Positions 1-9,073 of a stretch of 64,000 nt of DNA are shown piece by piece. The stretch's first letter is position 1. Each line of letters begins with the position of its first letter. Below the pieces are notes generated by a model. It was not told where the DNA came from and searched no databases. It saw nothing but the letters and a program-made list of their open reading frames with translations. The position numbers and the translations under genes are program-made. The DNA is from Bacteroidota bacterium. Lineage in GTDB: Bacteria; Bacteroidota; Bacteroidia; Flavobacteriales; Flavobacteriaceae. Where the stretch lies: contig JAEWCF010000014.1 in the NCBI GenBank assembly GCA_023390775.1, positions 2,881-66,880 on the forward strand, written 5' to 3'.

Positions 1-2100
1 GGTTTGTGCCCGGAGCATGTGTGTAAAGAACCTCGCCGAGGAAACTTGTGATCGAAATTCCCACTTCGGTCGCGAACGATCCGCCGGTGTTCCAGGTCAG
101 GGAGAAAGGAACCCCGTTACAAAGAGGCACTTGCACCGTGATAGGTCCAGAACCGGTTGTAAAGGTCGAACCGATGGTCTGGATCGGAATGCCGTTTTGC
201 GAGATCGTCATGGTGTTTCCGTTCCATCCGTCACCAAATGAATCGGTCATGACGAATGAATACAGACACTGGTCGGCCGGCATACAGATCGTTGTGTTGA
301 AGTTCAACGGCCCCGCCCAAGTACTGAGGTCGGTATCCGAACAGAAAGCCCTAATGTAGAACTGATACGCAACGCCCGGGTTCAATCCGGTCATCGTGTA
401 CGGGTTGTCGGTCACGGCGGTCCAACCGGTCGTGGTAGCTGTCGGTGCAGGAGATCCTGCAGGCAGTGCCAATACATGCCAGGTTGTTTCGGTTGCGCCG
501 GGAGTCCAGCTAAAAGTAGCCGAGTTCATCGTGATGTTAGTGACGTTAAGCGCCGTCGGCTTCGGACAAGTTGGCAAGGTCGTGAAGGCCGGGCTTACCG
601 CCGACCAAGGATTCGCACCTCCGCCCGAACATACTGCACGTACATAATATACGTATTGGGTATCCGGGTTAAGACCGCTGATCGTGTATGGATTCTGCGT
701 GGTATTTACCGTTGGTACGGTCGCAGCCGTTGGGGCCGGCGAACCTGCAGGAACCGCGTAGATGTCCCACGAAAGCGGGTTTGGTCCGTTAGGTGTCCAG
801 GCCAGCGTCGCTCCAAATGTGGTGACGTTGGAAACCGTCAGGTTGGTTGGAGGCAAACACAACGGGTTCAAACAGTCCACGGTACCGGTGAACAACGAGG
901 AGTTTTGCGTTCCCGTTCCCGGAGGTTTGATGTAAATGGTCTGGTTGAAGGAGTTTACGATTGAAATTCCGACCTCATTGGCGAACGCGCCGCCAGAGTT
1001 CCAGAACAACGTGAATGGAAGGTTGTTGCAAAGAGCAACCTGTACCGTTACGGGCCCGTTGCCGGTGGTGAAGGTGGAACCGATGGTAGCGATGGTCACA
1101 CCGTTCTGGATCACGTTCATCGTGTTGCCGTTCCATCCGTCACCCCAGCTGTCGGTCATGACGAAAGAATACAGACACTGGTTGACCGGGTCGCAGATCG
1201 TGGTGTTGAAATTAACCGGACCTGCCCATGTCGAGATATCCGTATCCGAACATACCGCACGCACATAGAAGCTGTACGCCGTACCCGCAGTCAAGCCCGT
1301 AAGCACAAACGGGTTGGTGGGAGCGGCAGTCCATCCTGTGGTGGCAGCGGTCGGGGCTGGAGAACCAACCGGCAGCGCGATCACTTGCCAGGCCGTCTCT
1401 GTTCCGCCAGGGGTCCAGGCCAGTTGTACGGTAGTCTGCGTCATGTTTGTCGCAGTCAGTGCCGTTGGCTTTGGACAGGTTGGCAATGTCGTGAAGTTGG
1501 ACGATGGAGCCGACCAAGGATTTGATCCGCCGCCGGCGCAAACCGCACGTACATAATAGGTATAAGTGGTATCAGGCAAAAGTCCTGAAATGGTATACGG
1601 GTTGTTGGTCGTCGTGGCCGTTGGTACACTCGCAGCCGTAGGAGCCGGGGAGCCCGCAGGGACCGCATAGATTTCCCAAGACAGCGGTGTTGGCCCGTTC
1701 GGCGTCCAGGAAAGCGTCGCGCCAAAAGTCGTGACGTTTGAAACCTGCAGGTTGGTTGGAGGCAGACAGAGCGGGTTGTTACAGTCTACGGTTCCCGAAT
1801 AAAGGGTCGAGTTCTGCGTTCCCGTTCCCGGAGGTTTCACATAGATGGTCTGGCCGAATGAGTTTACGATTGATACGCCCACTTCATTGGCCCAGCTTCC
1901 ACCGGCATTCCAAACAAGGGTGAACGGTCCGTCGCAAAGCGGCACGGTTACCGTAATTGGGCCGGAACCCGTCGTGAATGTCGACCCGAAAGTCGCCACG
2001 GTCGTTCCGCCCTGGATAACGCTCATCGTGTTTCCGTTCCATCCGTCGCCAAATGAATCGGTCATGATGAACTGGTAATTACACCCTACCGAACACGTTG
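1..2100 (-). repeat. in-frame tandem repeat, period 909 bp (303 aa supermodule: FN3-like + FN3-like + GDGWNG module), at least 2.3 copies, continues beyond the window
   Basis: The same antisense peptide strings (IEIPTS.../VVKVEPMV.../FPFHPSP...) recur at 51, 960 and 1869, an offset of 909 bp each. Confidence 0.85.
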
Positions 2101-3706
2101 TGGTGTTAAACAGATAAGGGCCTGACCATGGGCTGAAAGTTCCGTCACCGCAATCGGCGCGCACCCAGTATTGATACTGGCCAAGAGCAAGCGGGGTTCC
2201 GTCGATGGTCGAGTTGACACTGACGTTGGTATTTGTGGTAGTGGTGATTCCGTTACCGGCAGGAACTACCGAACCGGCCGTTTGGACGGCATACTGCCAT
2301 GAAGTTGCGCCACCCGGGTTGCCCCATGAAAGGTTGGCACTGTAAACTCCTCCCGTTTCGCCAGTACCCACTGCGGTAAGGTTTGTTGGCGCAGCGCAAT
2401 TGAGTTGCTGGATCACGAGGGTGTACGGAACGGTCTGCGAAACCGAGCTCGAAGACACTACAATAATATATTGTGTACCCTCGGTGACGGCAAGGCTCGG
2501 AATATCGCGAATCGTGTTCGTGTTGTTGGCCACACCGGCAAGACAGTTTACGCCGACGTTGGCGCAACCCTGATAAACAAAAATACTGGATCCATTGGAA
2601 GCCGATTGCAACGTGATGTTGACGGCTCCGGTAAACGTCGGGATAAACGAATAGAATACGTCGTTACCCGCCATATAATTGGTCGTTCCTCCGGCACAGG
2701 CCGATGGTTGCGGCGTATCGGTCGTATCTCCGTATGCCGATGTATTGGTCGTAGCGCTAAATGGCAGCCCGTTGATCACAACCGGCGAGGCGCACGAAAG
2801 GCCAGGCGTCTGCGTGGTAAAGCTGTACGGTTCAGACCAGTCACTTGAAAGATCGCCCGGACAGATGGCCCGTACCCGGTATTGGTACGCGGTCGACGGC
2901 GCAAAGGCAACGCCACCCGGAAGCGTCGTTGTGGCGACGTACGGGTTGTTGGTGATAACCGTGCCGCTATTGCTAAAGGTACCGGTTGCCGGAACGATCT
3001 CAATCTCCCACTGCGTTCCTCCTGGGTTGCTCCAGGAAAGCGAAGCCGATGTCTGGGTGATAAGCCCTGCGGTCAATGCGGTTGGGGTGTTGCACTCAAC
3101 TGCAACCCTTACCAGGTCGACCAACCATCGGTCGCCACCAAGGGTGGTGTTGACCTGGTTGTACTCCATGACAAAGGCGATGTGGACCGATTGGCCAACA
3201 TAGGCATCGAGATCCACAATCTTTTCCTCATATACATTGAAGGTGGTGGTCAATTGATCTTCGCTCCATTGCTGGATAAGCGTATAGGCCGACGGATCGT
3301 TTTGTGGCGATGTGGCCGGCGCCACCATTATTTTGTAGATGGTTCCCTGATCGCCGTTGATCGTGGTCCTGGTAAAGAACCGGAGCTGGCCGTTGGCAGG
3401 AACCGTAATGGCGGGAGTTGCAAGGTAATCGCGCGACGTGTTTCCGGCCCCGATGTTTTCCCTGTTCATGAAGGCCGCTCTTGTGCCTTCAAAAACAGTT
3501 ACGGGCGATGTCACTGCTGTGTTGACATTCCAGCTTTGACCCACGCCCACACCGTTGTCGAATACGCCCCATGTCCCCGAATTCAGCACCCATTGGTCGC
3601 TGGCCAGGTCAGGAAGTGTCGATCCCTCAAAACCCTCCGTCAGCACTACCTGTGAGTACCCTGCCATGGAAAGCAGGAACATGAGCAGTAAAGTAATTTT
3701 TTTCAT
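1..3706 (-). CDS. large secreted multidomain surface protein, N-terminal 1235 codons only (runs off left edge)
   Basis: Not in the ORF track because there is no stop in the window. My own translation from the ATG at 3706 gives MKKITLLLMFLLSMAGYSQ (signal peptide), and the frame stays open to position 2. It contains an N-terminal MAM/choice-of-anchor-like domain, FN3-like segments (LSWxxP...YxYxVRAxC) and three Cys-bounded modules with MTDS[FW]GDGWNGNTM. Confidence 0.8.
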   Translation of the reverse strand, partial: MKKITLLLMFLLSMAGYSQVVLTEGFEGSTLPDLASDQWVLNSGTWGVFDNGVGVGQSWNVNTAVTSPVTVFEGTRAAFMNRENIGAGNTSRDYLATPAITVPANGQLRFFTRTTINGDQGTIYKIMVAPATSPQNDPSAYTLIQQWSEDQLTTTFNVYEEKIVDLDAYVGQSVHIAFVMEYNQVNTTLGGDRWLVDLVRVAVECNTPTALTAGLITQTSASLSWSNPGGTQWEIEIVPATGTFSNSGTVITNNPYVATTTLPGGVAFAPSTAYQYRVRAICPGDLSSDWSEPYSFTTQTPGLSCASPVVINGLPFSATTNTSAYGDTTDTPQPSACAGGTTNYMAGNDVFYSFIPTFTGAVNITLQSASNGSSIFVYQGCANVGVNCLAGVANNTNTIRDIPSLAVTEGTQYIIVVSSSSVSQTVPYTLVIQQLNCAAPTNLTAVGTGETGGVYSANLSWGNPGGATSWQYAVQTAGSVVPAGNGITTTTNTNVSVNSTIDGTPLALGQYQYWVRADCGDGTFSPWSGPYLFNTTTCSVGCNYQFIMTDSFGDGWNGNTMSVIQGGTTVATFGSTFTTGSGPITVTVPLCDGPFTLVWNAGGSWANEVGVSIVNSFGQTIYVKPPGTGTQNSTLYSGTVDCNNPLCLPPTNLQVSNVTTFGATLSWTPNGPTPLSWEIYAVPAGSPAPTAASVPTATTTNNPYTISGLLPDTTYTYYVRAVCAGGGSNPWSAPSSNFTTLPTCPKPTALTATNMTQTTVQLAWTPGGTETAWQVIALPVGSPAPTAATTGWTAAPTNPFVLTGLTAGTAYSFYVRAVCSDTDISTWAGPVNFNTTICDPVNQCLYSFVMTDSWGDGWNGNTMNVIQNGVTIATIGSTFTTGNGPVTVQVALCNNLPFTLFWNSGGAFANEVGISIVNSFNQTIYIKPPGTGTQNSSLFTGTVDCLNPLCLPPTNLTVSNVTTFGATLAWTPNGPNPLSWDIYAVPAGSPAPTAATVPTVNTTQNPYTISGLNPDTQYVYYVRAVCSGGGANPWSAVSPAFTTLPTCPKPTALNVTNITMNSATFSWTPGATETTWHVLALPAGSPAPTATTTGWTAVTDNPYTMTGLNPGVAYQFYIRAFCSDTDLSTWAGPLNFNTTICMPADQCLYSFVMTDSFGDGWNGNTMTISQNGIPIQTIGSTFTTGSGPITVQVPLCNGVPFSLTWNTGGSFATEVGISITSFLGEVLYTHAPGTN

Positions 3707-3748
3707 AACGAGTTAATTGATGGAAAAATGTGTTAAATTTTAGGTTTC

Positions 3749-3756
3749 CAAATTTA
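3749..3756 (-). promoter_or_regulatory. candidate Bacteroidota -7 promoter box TAAATTTG (TAnnTTTG) for the surface-protein gene
   Basis: Exact match to TAnnTTTG on the minus strand, 43 nt upstream of the ATG at 3706. Confidence 0.35.
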
Positions 3757-3859
3757 ACAAAAATTCTGTAAGTCCCCTGTTAAACTTATTATTTAACGAT
3801 TGGAAGCCGCCGCGGCCCCATATCTTGGCAAAGTATCAGGCGAATCGATCGAGAATCGT

Positions 3860-3867
3860 TATTTTTG
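3860..3867 (+). promoter_or_regulatory. candidate -7 box TATTTTTG upstream of hflX
   Basis: TAnnTTTG match 17 nt upstream of the ATG at 3884. Confidence 0.35.
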
Positions 3868-3883
3868 TGGGATAGGCCACACT

Positions 3884-5110
3884 ATGTTAGAAAAAAACAC
3901 GCATCAGCTCGAAAAAACCGTTCTGGTAGGAATCGTCACACAAAACCAAAGCGAGGAAAAGCTACGCGAATACCTGGACGAACTTGAGTTCCTGACCTTT
4001 ACGGCGGGCGGCGAAGTCGTCAAGAGGTTTTCGCAAAAATTGGAGCGCCCAAACCCGAAGACTTTTTTGGGTACCGGGAAAATGGAGGAAATCGAGCAGT
4101 ACATCAAGACACACCAGATTTCGACGGTGATTTTTGACGATGAACTCTCGCCCTCGCAGCAAAAGAATATCGGGAAGATCCTCGACTGCAAGGTGCTTGA
4201 CCGCACCAACCTGATCCTGGATATCTTCGCCCAGCGCGCCGAAACATCGTATGCACGCACCCAGGTTGAACTTGCCCAATACCAATATCTGTTACCGCGG
4301 CTCACGGGAATGTGGACGCACCTCGAACGCCAAAAGGGTGGAATCGGGTTGCGTGGACCGGGTGAGACCGAGATTGAGACCGACCGCCGCATCGTGCGCG
4401 ACCGCATCTCGCTTTTAAAGGAAAAACTCAAGACCATCGACCGGCAGATGTCGGTCCAACGAGGCAATCGGGGCGCGATGGTGAGGGTGGCCTTGATCGG
4501 TTACACCAATGTGGGGAAATCAACATTGATGAACGCCATCAGCAAGAGCGAGGTTTTTGTCGAGAACAAACTCTTTGCGACGCTCGACACGACCGTCAGG
4601 AAAGTAGTTATCAAGAATTTACCATTTCTTTTGTCAGATACCGTCGGGTTCATCCGCAAACTGCCCACGCAACTCGTCGAATCGTTCAAGGGAACTTTGG
4701 ACGAAGTCCGCGAGGCCGATTTACTTTTGCACGTGGTGGATATCTCACATCCCGAATTCGAGGACCACATCGCATCGGTCAACCAGATCCTGCAGGACAT
4801 CAAAAGCCACGACAAGCCGGTGCTGATGATCTTCAATAAAATCGATGCCTACCGCGCGCAGCACATCGACGACGATGACCTAATCACCGAACGCACAAAG
4901 AAACACTACTCGCTGGAACAGTGGAAGCAAACCTGGATGGGCACCGTGGGCGAAAAGAACGCGCTGTTCATCTCGGCCAAAAACAAGGAAAATTTTGAGG
5001 AGTTCAGAAAGCGTGTGTACGAGGCCGTCCGGCAGATCCACATCACACGGTTCCCATACAACAATTTCCTGTACCCCGATTACGACGAGGCATCTGAAGA
5101 AAATGCCTAG
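3884..5110 (+). CDS. hflX: GTPase HflX
   Basis: Contains the HflX N-domain, G motifs GYTNVGKST and DTVGF, and NKID. The start was moved to the MLEKNT ATG at 3884 inside ORF 3800..5110. Confidence 0.9.
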   Translation: MLEKNTHQLEKTVLVGIVTQNQSEEKLREYLDELEFLTFTAGGEVVKRFSQKLERPNPKTFLGTGKMEEIEQYIKTHQISTVIFDDELSPSQQKNIGKILDCKVLDRTNLILDIFAQRAETSYARTQVELAQYQYLLPRLTGMWTHLERQKGGIGLRGPGETEIETDRRIVRDRISLLKEKLKTIDRQMSVQRGNRGAMVRVALIGYTNVGKSTLMNAISKSEVFVENKLFATLDTTVRKVVIKNLPFLLSDTVGFIRKLPTQLVESFKGTLDEVREADLLLHVVDISHPEFEDHIASVNQILQDIKSHDKPVLMIFNKIDAYRAQHIDDDDLITERTKKHYSLEQWKQTWMGTVGEKNALFISAKNKENFEEFRKRVYEAVRQIHITRFPYNNFLYPDYDEASEENA

Positions 5111-5994
5111 AACCCGTAATTCGCGCCCACGCCAAACACCTGACGGACCTGGAATCCGCGGAAAGCGTTGTCGTCGTAGATCGTCTGGAAATTGATGTTG
5201 GTGGTCAGGAAGCGGTTGATCTTCATGACGACATTGAGCTGGTAATCCAGATCGACATTCTGCGGATCTTCGAGGTAATTGGAATACAGGTTCAGGATGT
5301 TTTCAAGTGAAACATTTGCCACAATCCCGAATTTGTAATAGGCCGCCGCATTGAAACCCAGTTCGTAACGCAGCGATTCGCCTTCCTCAACGCCAAAATA
5401 GGCCTCATCCGGCAGCGTGAAGGATTTGTCCACAAAGGTCAATTTCGAGGTGAGCGGCGCAAAGTTTACTTTGAGGTTGTCGTTTTGTTTCCAGAGCACG
5501 CCGGGCCCAAAGGAAAGGTAGGCCGGCGACATGAAGTTGGTGTATTGCGTCCGGATTTCGGCGCCATTGTCATCGGTGGAATAATTATATCCCTTTGTAA
5601 ACTGCGTCTTGAAGTTCAATAAAGCCGAATAATACCACTTTGCATTGGTTTGCATCTGCTTGCCCAAAAGCGAATTGAATTCAAGGCGGTCATCGGTCTT
5701 CTTGGCAAAGGAACTCGTGCGGGTCTTGACCAACCCGTAAGAGGCGATGATCTTGTTGTCCCAGGCCCAAAGCCCCTTCTTGTAGTTGAAATCGTAATTG
5801 AGCCCGAGGTTTCCCGAGATGTTGTTCTCACCGCCCGCAAGCCAATTGTCAAATGTGGATTGGCTAAAGAGGATCGAAGCATTGCCCTTCCTGGTCCATG
5901 GGCTGATGGTATCGGCGGCAACGGCGGTGGAATCCTGGGCAAGCGCGTTGAGGATTCCAAAGGTAAAACATAGAAGGGCCAGCTTTGTTTTCAT
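5107..5994 (-). CDS. DUF3078 family outer-membrane beta-barrel protein
   Basis: Signal peptide MKTKLALLCFTFGILNALAQ, and alternating beta-strand pattern ending in ...GVGANYGF. The family call is from memory of DUF3078 sequences. Confidence 0.7.
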   Translation of the reverse strand: MKTKLALLCFTFGILNALAQDSTAVAADTISPWTRKGNASILFSQSTFDNWLAGGENNISGNLGLNYDFNYKKGLWAWDNKIIASYGLVKTRTSSFAKKTDDRLEFNSLLGKQMQTNAKWYYSALLNFKTQFTKGYNYSTDDNGAEIRTQYTNFMSPAYLSFGPGVLWKQNDNLKVNFAPLTSKLTFVDKSFTLPDEAYFGVEEGESLRYELGFNAAAYYKFGIVANVSLENILNLYSNYLEDPQNVDLDYQLNVVMKINRFLTTNINFQTIYDDNAFRGFQVRQVFGVGANYGF

Positions 5995-6026
5995 GATTTC
6001 CCGGTTTTGCACAAAGATAAAAATTC

Positions 6027-6533
6027 CTACCGACGCTTGTACAGCGGCACCGCCGAACATGCCTCGCCATACATGAGGCTACGCGCGACCGGTTGAAGGA
6101 ATTGCGCCGCCAGCAGATAGCCATTCTCGGGCACCGGGTGCCTGGAGCATCCCTTGATGATTACCGGTTTGTCCCGATAGGGCTCATAATCCAGCGACGG
6201 AAGCAATTCGGCATAGAAGAGTTGGTCAAGTTCCGAGGCGCGCCCGCTGAAAACCCTACGGGCAAACGGAGCAGCATGCATCGAAACCAATAGCGCCGCC
6301 CAACCCGGGAGAATGGCTTCGGTACTGCAAAAAACCCCGACAATCGCGCCTTCATACTGCGTCCAATCGTGTTCCTTCAAGGCCTGGCGAAATTCCTTCT
6401 CGCGCAGCACGTAACCATCCGCGAGCCATTGCGCCAGGTCAATCTCGTGGCGTGCGCCCAGCGGATAGTAATCCTCCAGGTCGAAAACCTCCAGTGCGCT
6501 TTCAGCGACGCGGTTGACGATTTCGCCTTCCAT
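6027..6533 (-). CDS. DUF2480 family protein (suf-associated in Bacteroidota)
   Basis: MEGEIVNRVAESALEVFDLEDYYP... resembles DUF2480. Its start overlaps the upstream stop (TGATG), suggesting translational coupling. Confidence 0.7.
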   Translation of the reverse strand: MEGEIVNRVAESALEVFDLEDYYPLGARHEIDLAQWLADGYVLREKEFRQALKEHDWTQYEGAIVGVFCSTEAILPGWAALLVSMHAAPFARRVFSGRASELDQLFYAELLPSLDYEPYRDKPVIIKGCSRHPVPENGYLLAAQFLQPVARSLMYGEACSAVPLYKRR

Positions 6534-6856
6534 CACAGCATTCCGAGTTCGAGTTTGGCCTCCTCGCTCATCAAATCCTTGCTCCACGGCGGATCGAAGG
6601 TGATCTCCACCTCAACATCCCTGACGTTCTCGATTTTTTTGACCTTCTCCTCCACCTCGCGCGGAAGCGACTCGGCGACGGGGCAATTGGGCGACGTGAG
6701 CGTCATCAGGATTTTCACCTCATAATCGGTGTTGACCATGACATCGTAAATTAGTCCGAGTTCATAGATATCCACGGGGATTTCCGGGTCGTAAATGCCT
6801 TTCAAGACCTTGACGATTTGTTCCCCGAGAGCGTTTGTGTCGATTTCCTGTTCCAT
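6533..6856 (-). CDS. SUF Fe-S assembly protein, DUF59/SufT-like
   Basis: Carries DPEIPVDIYELGLIY and TLTSPNCPVAE motifs typical of DUF59 (MIP18/PaaD-like). The start was chosen at MEQEID. Confidence 0.8.
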   Translation of the reverse strand: MEQEIDTNALGEQIVKVLKGIYDPEIPVDIYELGLIYDVMVNTDYEVKILMTLTSPNCPVAESLPREVEEKVKKIENVRDVEVEITFDPPWSKDLMSEEAKLELGML

Positions 6857-6857
6857 A

Positions 6858-7277
6858 TCAATTTTTGGCGGCAAAGGCCAGCGCATACATTTTTATTTGT
6901 TTGATCATCGAGACCAGCCCGTTCGCGCGCGTGGGCGAGAGATGGTCCTTGAGCCCGATCTCGTTAATGAAATCGGTGTCGGCGTCCAGGATTTCCTGGG
7001 GCGACTGGTTCGAGAAGACGCGGATCAAAATGGCGATGATGCCCTTGGTGATGATCGCGTCGCTGTCGGCGGTGAAGACCACTTTTCCGTCCTCGCGGTC
7101 GGCGTGCAGCCAGACCTTGGATTGGCAACCCTTGATGGTATTTTCGTCGGTTTTGTATTTTTCGTCGATCAGCGGAAGCGATTTTCCCAAATCGATGACA
7201 TATTGGAAACGCTCGTCCCAATCATCGAACATCGAGAATTCGTCCACAATCTCCTGCTGGATTTCCTTGATCGTCAT
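6858..7277 (-). CDS. sufE: cysteine desulfuration protein SufE
   Basis: 139 aa with a SufE-like sequence including the conserved IKGCQSKVWL cysteine loop. Confidence 0.85.
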   Translation of the reverse strand: MTIKEIQQEIVDEFSMFDDWDERFQYVIDLGKSLPLIDEKYKTDENTIKGCQSKVWLHADREDGKVVFTADSDAIITKGIIAILIRVFSNQSPQEILDADTDFINEIGLKDHLSPTRANGLVSMIKQIKMYALAFAAKN

Positions 7278-7705
7278 TACTCCTCCTTTACCAATGCGAG
7301 CACGCGATCCACGAGTTCCTTGATTTCGGCAGGCGGCTCGCCGTGGTCGAAATCGGTGGTTTCGTAGGCCATCTTGTTGTGCGTGATCTTCAGTTTTGCG
7401 ATAGCGGCCCCGTCATAAAATCGCTTCTCGGTGGGCGGTTTTAGGTTGGGCAGGCTCTCGAGATTGACTTTTTGGAAAGCCGATACCAGCGCCTTCCAAT
7501 CGGCATCGGATATGGCCTGCTTTTGCGGCTTGTCCATCCCGTTGCGGTCGCGCGATACCGTAAATTGCTTGTCCTGCACGTTAATCTTTTGGTAGAATCC
7601 GCGGGAATTCGCCGAATATTCGATGACCGTGTCCTTCATCTCGGCACTGTCCTCGCAACCGCCCTGCGAAAATACCGCGAGCAATATGATGGCTATTAAT
7701 TTCAT
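7277..7705 (-). CDS. hypothetical lipoprotein
   Basis: Lipobox-like N-terminus MKLIAIILLAVFSQGGC. No family recognised. Its stop overlaps the sufE start. Confidence 0.6.
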   Translation of the reverse strand: MKLIAIILLAVFSQGGCEDSAEMKDTVIEYSANSRGFYQKINVQDKQFTVSRDRNGMDKPQKQAISDADWKALVSAFQKVNLESLPNLKPPTEKRFYDGAAIAKLKITHNKMAYETTDFDHGEPPAEIKELVDRVLALVKEE

Positions 7706-7758
7706 GGCAATTGTTTTAAACTTAAACGCCCGAAGTTACGAAATCGCGTGCTCAAAAG

Positions 7759-8976
7759 CTACGACAACATGGTTTTGGCCTTGATCAGTGCCGATGCGAG
7801 CCTGTCGATTTCCTCTTTGGTGTTGTAAAACGAAAACGACGCGCGCACCGTTCCCACGATCTTGCAGAACGTCATGATGGGCTGGGCGCAATGGTGCCCG
7901 GTCCTGACGGCGATGCCCTGGCGGTCTACAATGGTTCCCACATCATACGGATGCAGCTCGCCGATGTTGAACGAGATTACCGATGCTTTTTGAGGAGCGA
8001 TTCCCCAGATTTTCAACCCTTCGATTTCCAACAATTTTTGAGTGCCGTATTGCAAAAGCTCGTTTTCGTATGCCATGATTTTCTCATAGCCGATGCCGTT
8101 TAGATAATCGATCGCGGTCCCAAAGGCGATGCCGTCGGCGATGTTGGGCGTTCCCGCCTCGAACTTGTGCGGCAGGTCGGCGTAGGTGGATTTCTCGAAA
8201 GACACTTCCTTGATCATCTCTCCCCCGCCCTGGTACGGCGGCAGTTTCTCGAGCCACGATTCCTTTCCGTACAAGATCCCCACTCCGGTTGGCCCGCACA
8301 TCTTGTGTGCCGAGAAGCAGTAGAAATCGCAACCCAGCGCCTGCACATCGGGTTTGAGGTGCGGTGTGGCCTGAGCGCCGTCGATTAAAATGGCGGCACC
8401 AAATTCGTGCGCCTTTCGGATCATGAATTCGATGGGGTTTACGGTTCCGAGCGCGTTGGAGACATGGTTGACGGCAACGACCTTTGTTTTTTCGGATAGA
8501 AGACTGACGTACGCATCCATGTCCAAAACCCCGTCGAGGCCCATCGGGATGACTTTTAGGGCCGCGCCCGAACGCTCGCACGCGAACTGCCACGGAACGA
8601 TGTTGGAATGGTGCTCGAGCGCCGAAACGATGACCTCGTCGCCGGGCTTCAAAAGCGAGGCAAATCCCGAAGCAACCAGATTCACGGCATGCGTGGTTCC
8701 AGAGGTAAAGATCACCTCATGCACCTTTTGCGCATTGATGTGCGCCCGAACCTTCTCTCGAGATTGCTCGTAGGCATCGGTGGCGAGTTGGGAAAGCGTG
8801 TGCACGCCCCGATGGATGTTCGCGTTGATTTCCCGATAATATTTGGAAATCGCATCGATTACGACCTGTGGCTTTTGGCCGGTCGCGCCGTTGTCAAAAT
8901 AGACCAATGGCTTGCCGTTCACCTCGCGGGAAAGGATTGGGAAGTCTTTGCGGATATCGTGTACGTTGAAGCTCAT
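7759..8976 (-). CDS. sufS: cysteine desulfurase SufS (class V aminotransferase)
   Basis: 405 aa with the PLP lysine context SAHKMCGPTGVG and the C-terminal RTGHHCAQP active-site Cys loop. Confidence 0.92.
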   Translation of the reverse strand: MSFNVHDIRKDFPILSREVNGKPLVYFDNGATGQKPQVVIDAISKYYREINANIHRGVHTLSQLATDAYEQSREKVRAHINAQKVHEVIFTSGTTHAVNLVASGFASLLKPGDEVIVSALEHHSNIVPWQFACERSGAALKVIPMGLDGVLDMDAYVSLLSEKTKVVAVNHVSNALGTVNPIEFMIRKAHEFGAAILIDGAQATPHLKPDVQALGCDFYCFSAHKMCGPTGVGILYGKESWLEKLPPYQGGGEMIKEVSFEKSTYADLPHKFEAGTPNIADGIAFGTAIDYLNGIGYEKIMAYENELLQYGTQKLLEIEGLKIWGIAPQKASVISFNIGELHPYDVGTIVDRQGIAVRTGHHCAQPIMTFCKIVGTVRASFSFYNTKEEIDRLASALIKAKTMLS

Positions 8977-8984
8977 ATTTTGGA

Positions 8985-9060
8985 ATTGGCCCTAGCCCCG
9001 ATCGCAGCGGCATCCTTTTGAGGCCATAGCCGAAAAAGATAGAGCGGAGAGCGGGAAAAA
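8985..9060. repeat. REP-like intergenic element (motif ...GATGCCGCTGCGATCGGGGCTAGGGCC on the minus strand)
   Basis: Non-coding sufD-sufS spacer. It shares a CGGGG(C)TAGGGC-ended motif with 51071..51145. Confidence 0.4.
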
Positions 9061-9073
9061 GCTCCTAAATCAT

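Noticed and set aside
3800-3883. Upstream extension of hflX (track start at 3800)
   Set aside because: The extension would swallow the TATTTTTG promoter box at 3860-3867 and adds non-homologous residues. MLEKNT at 3884 fits the HflX N-terminus better.
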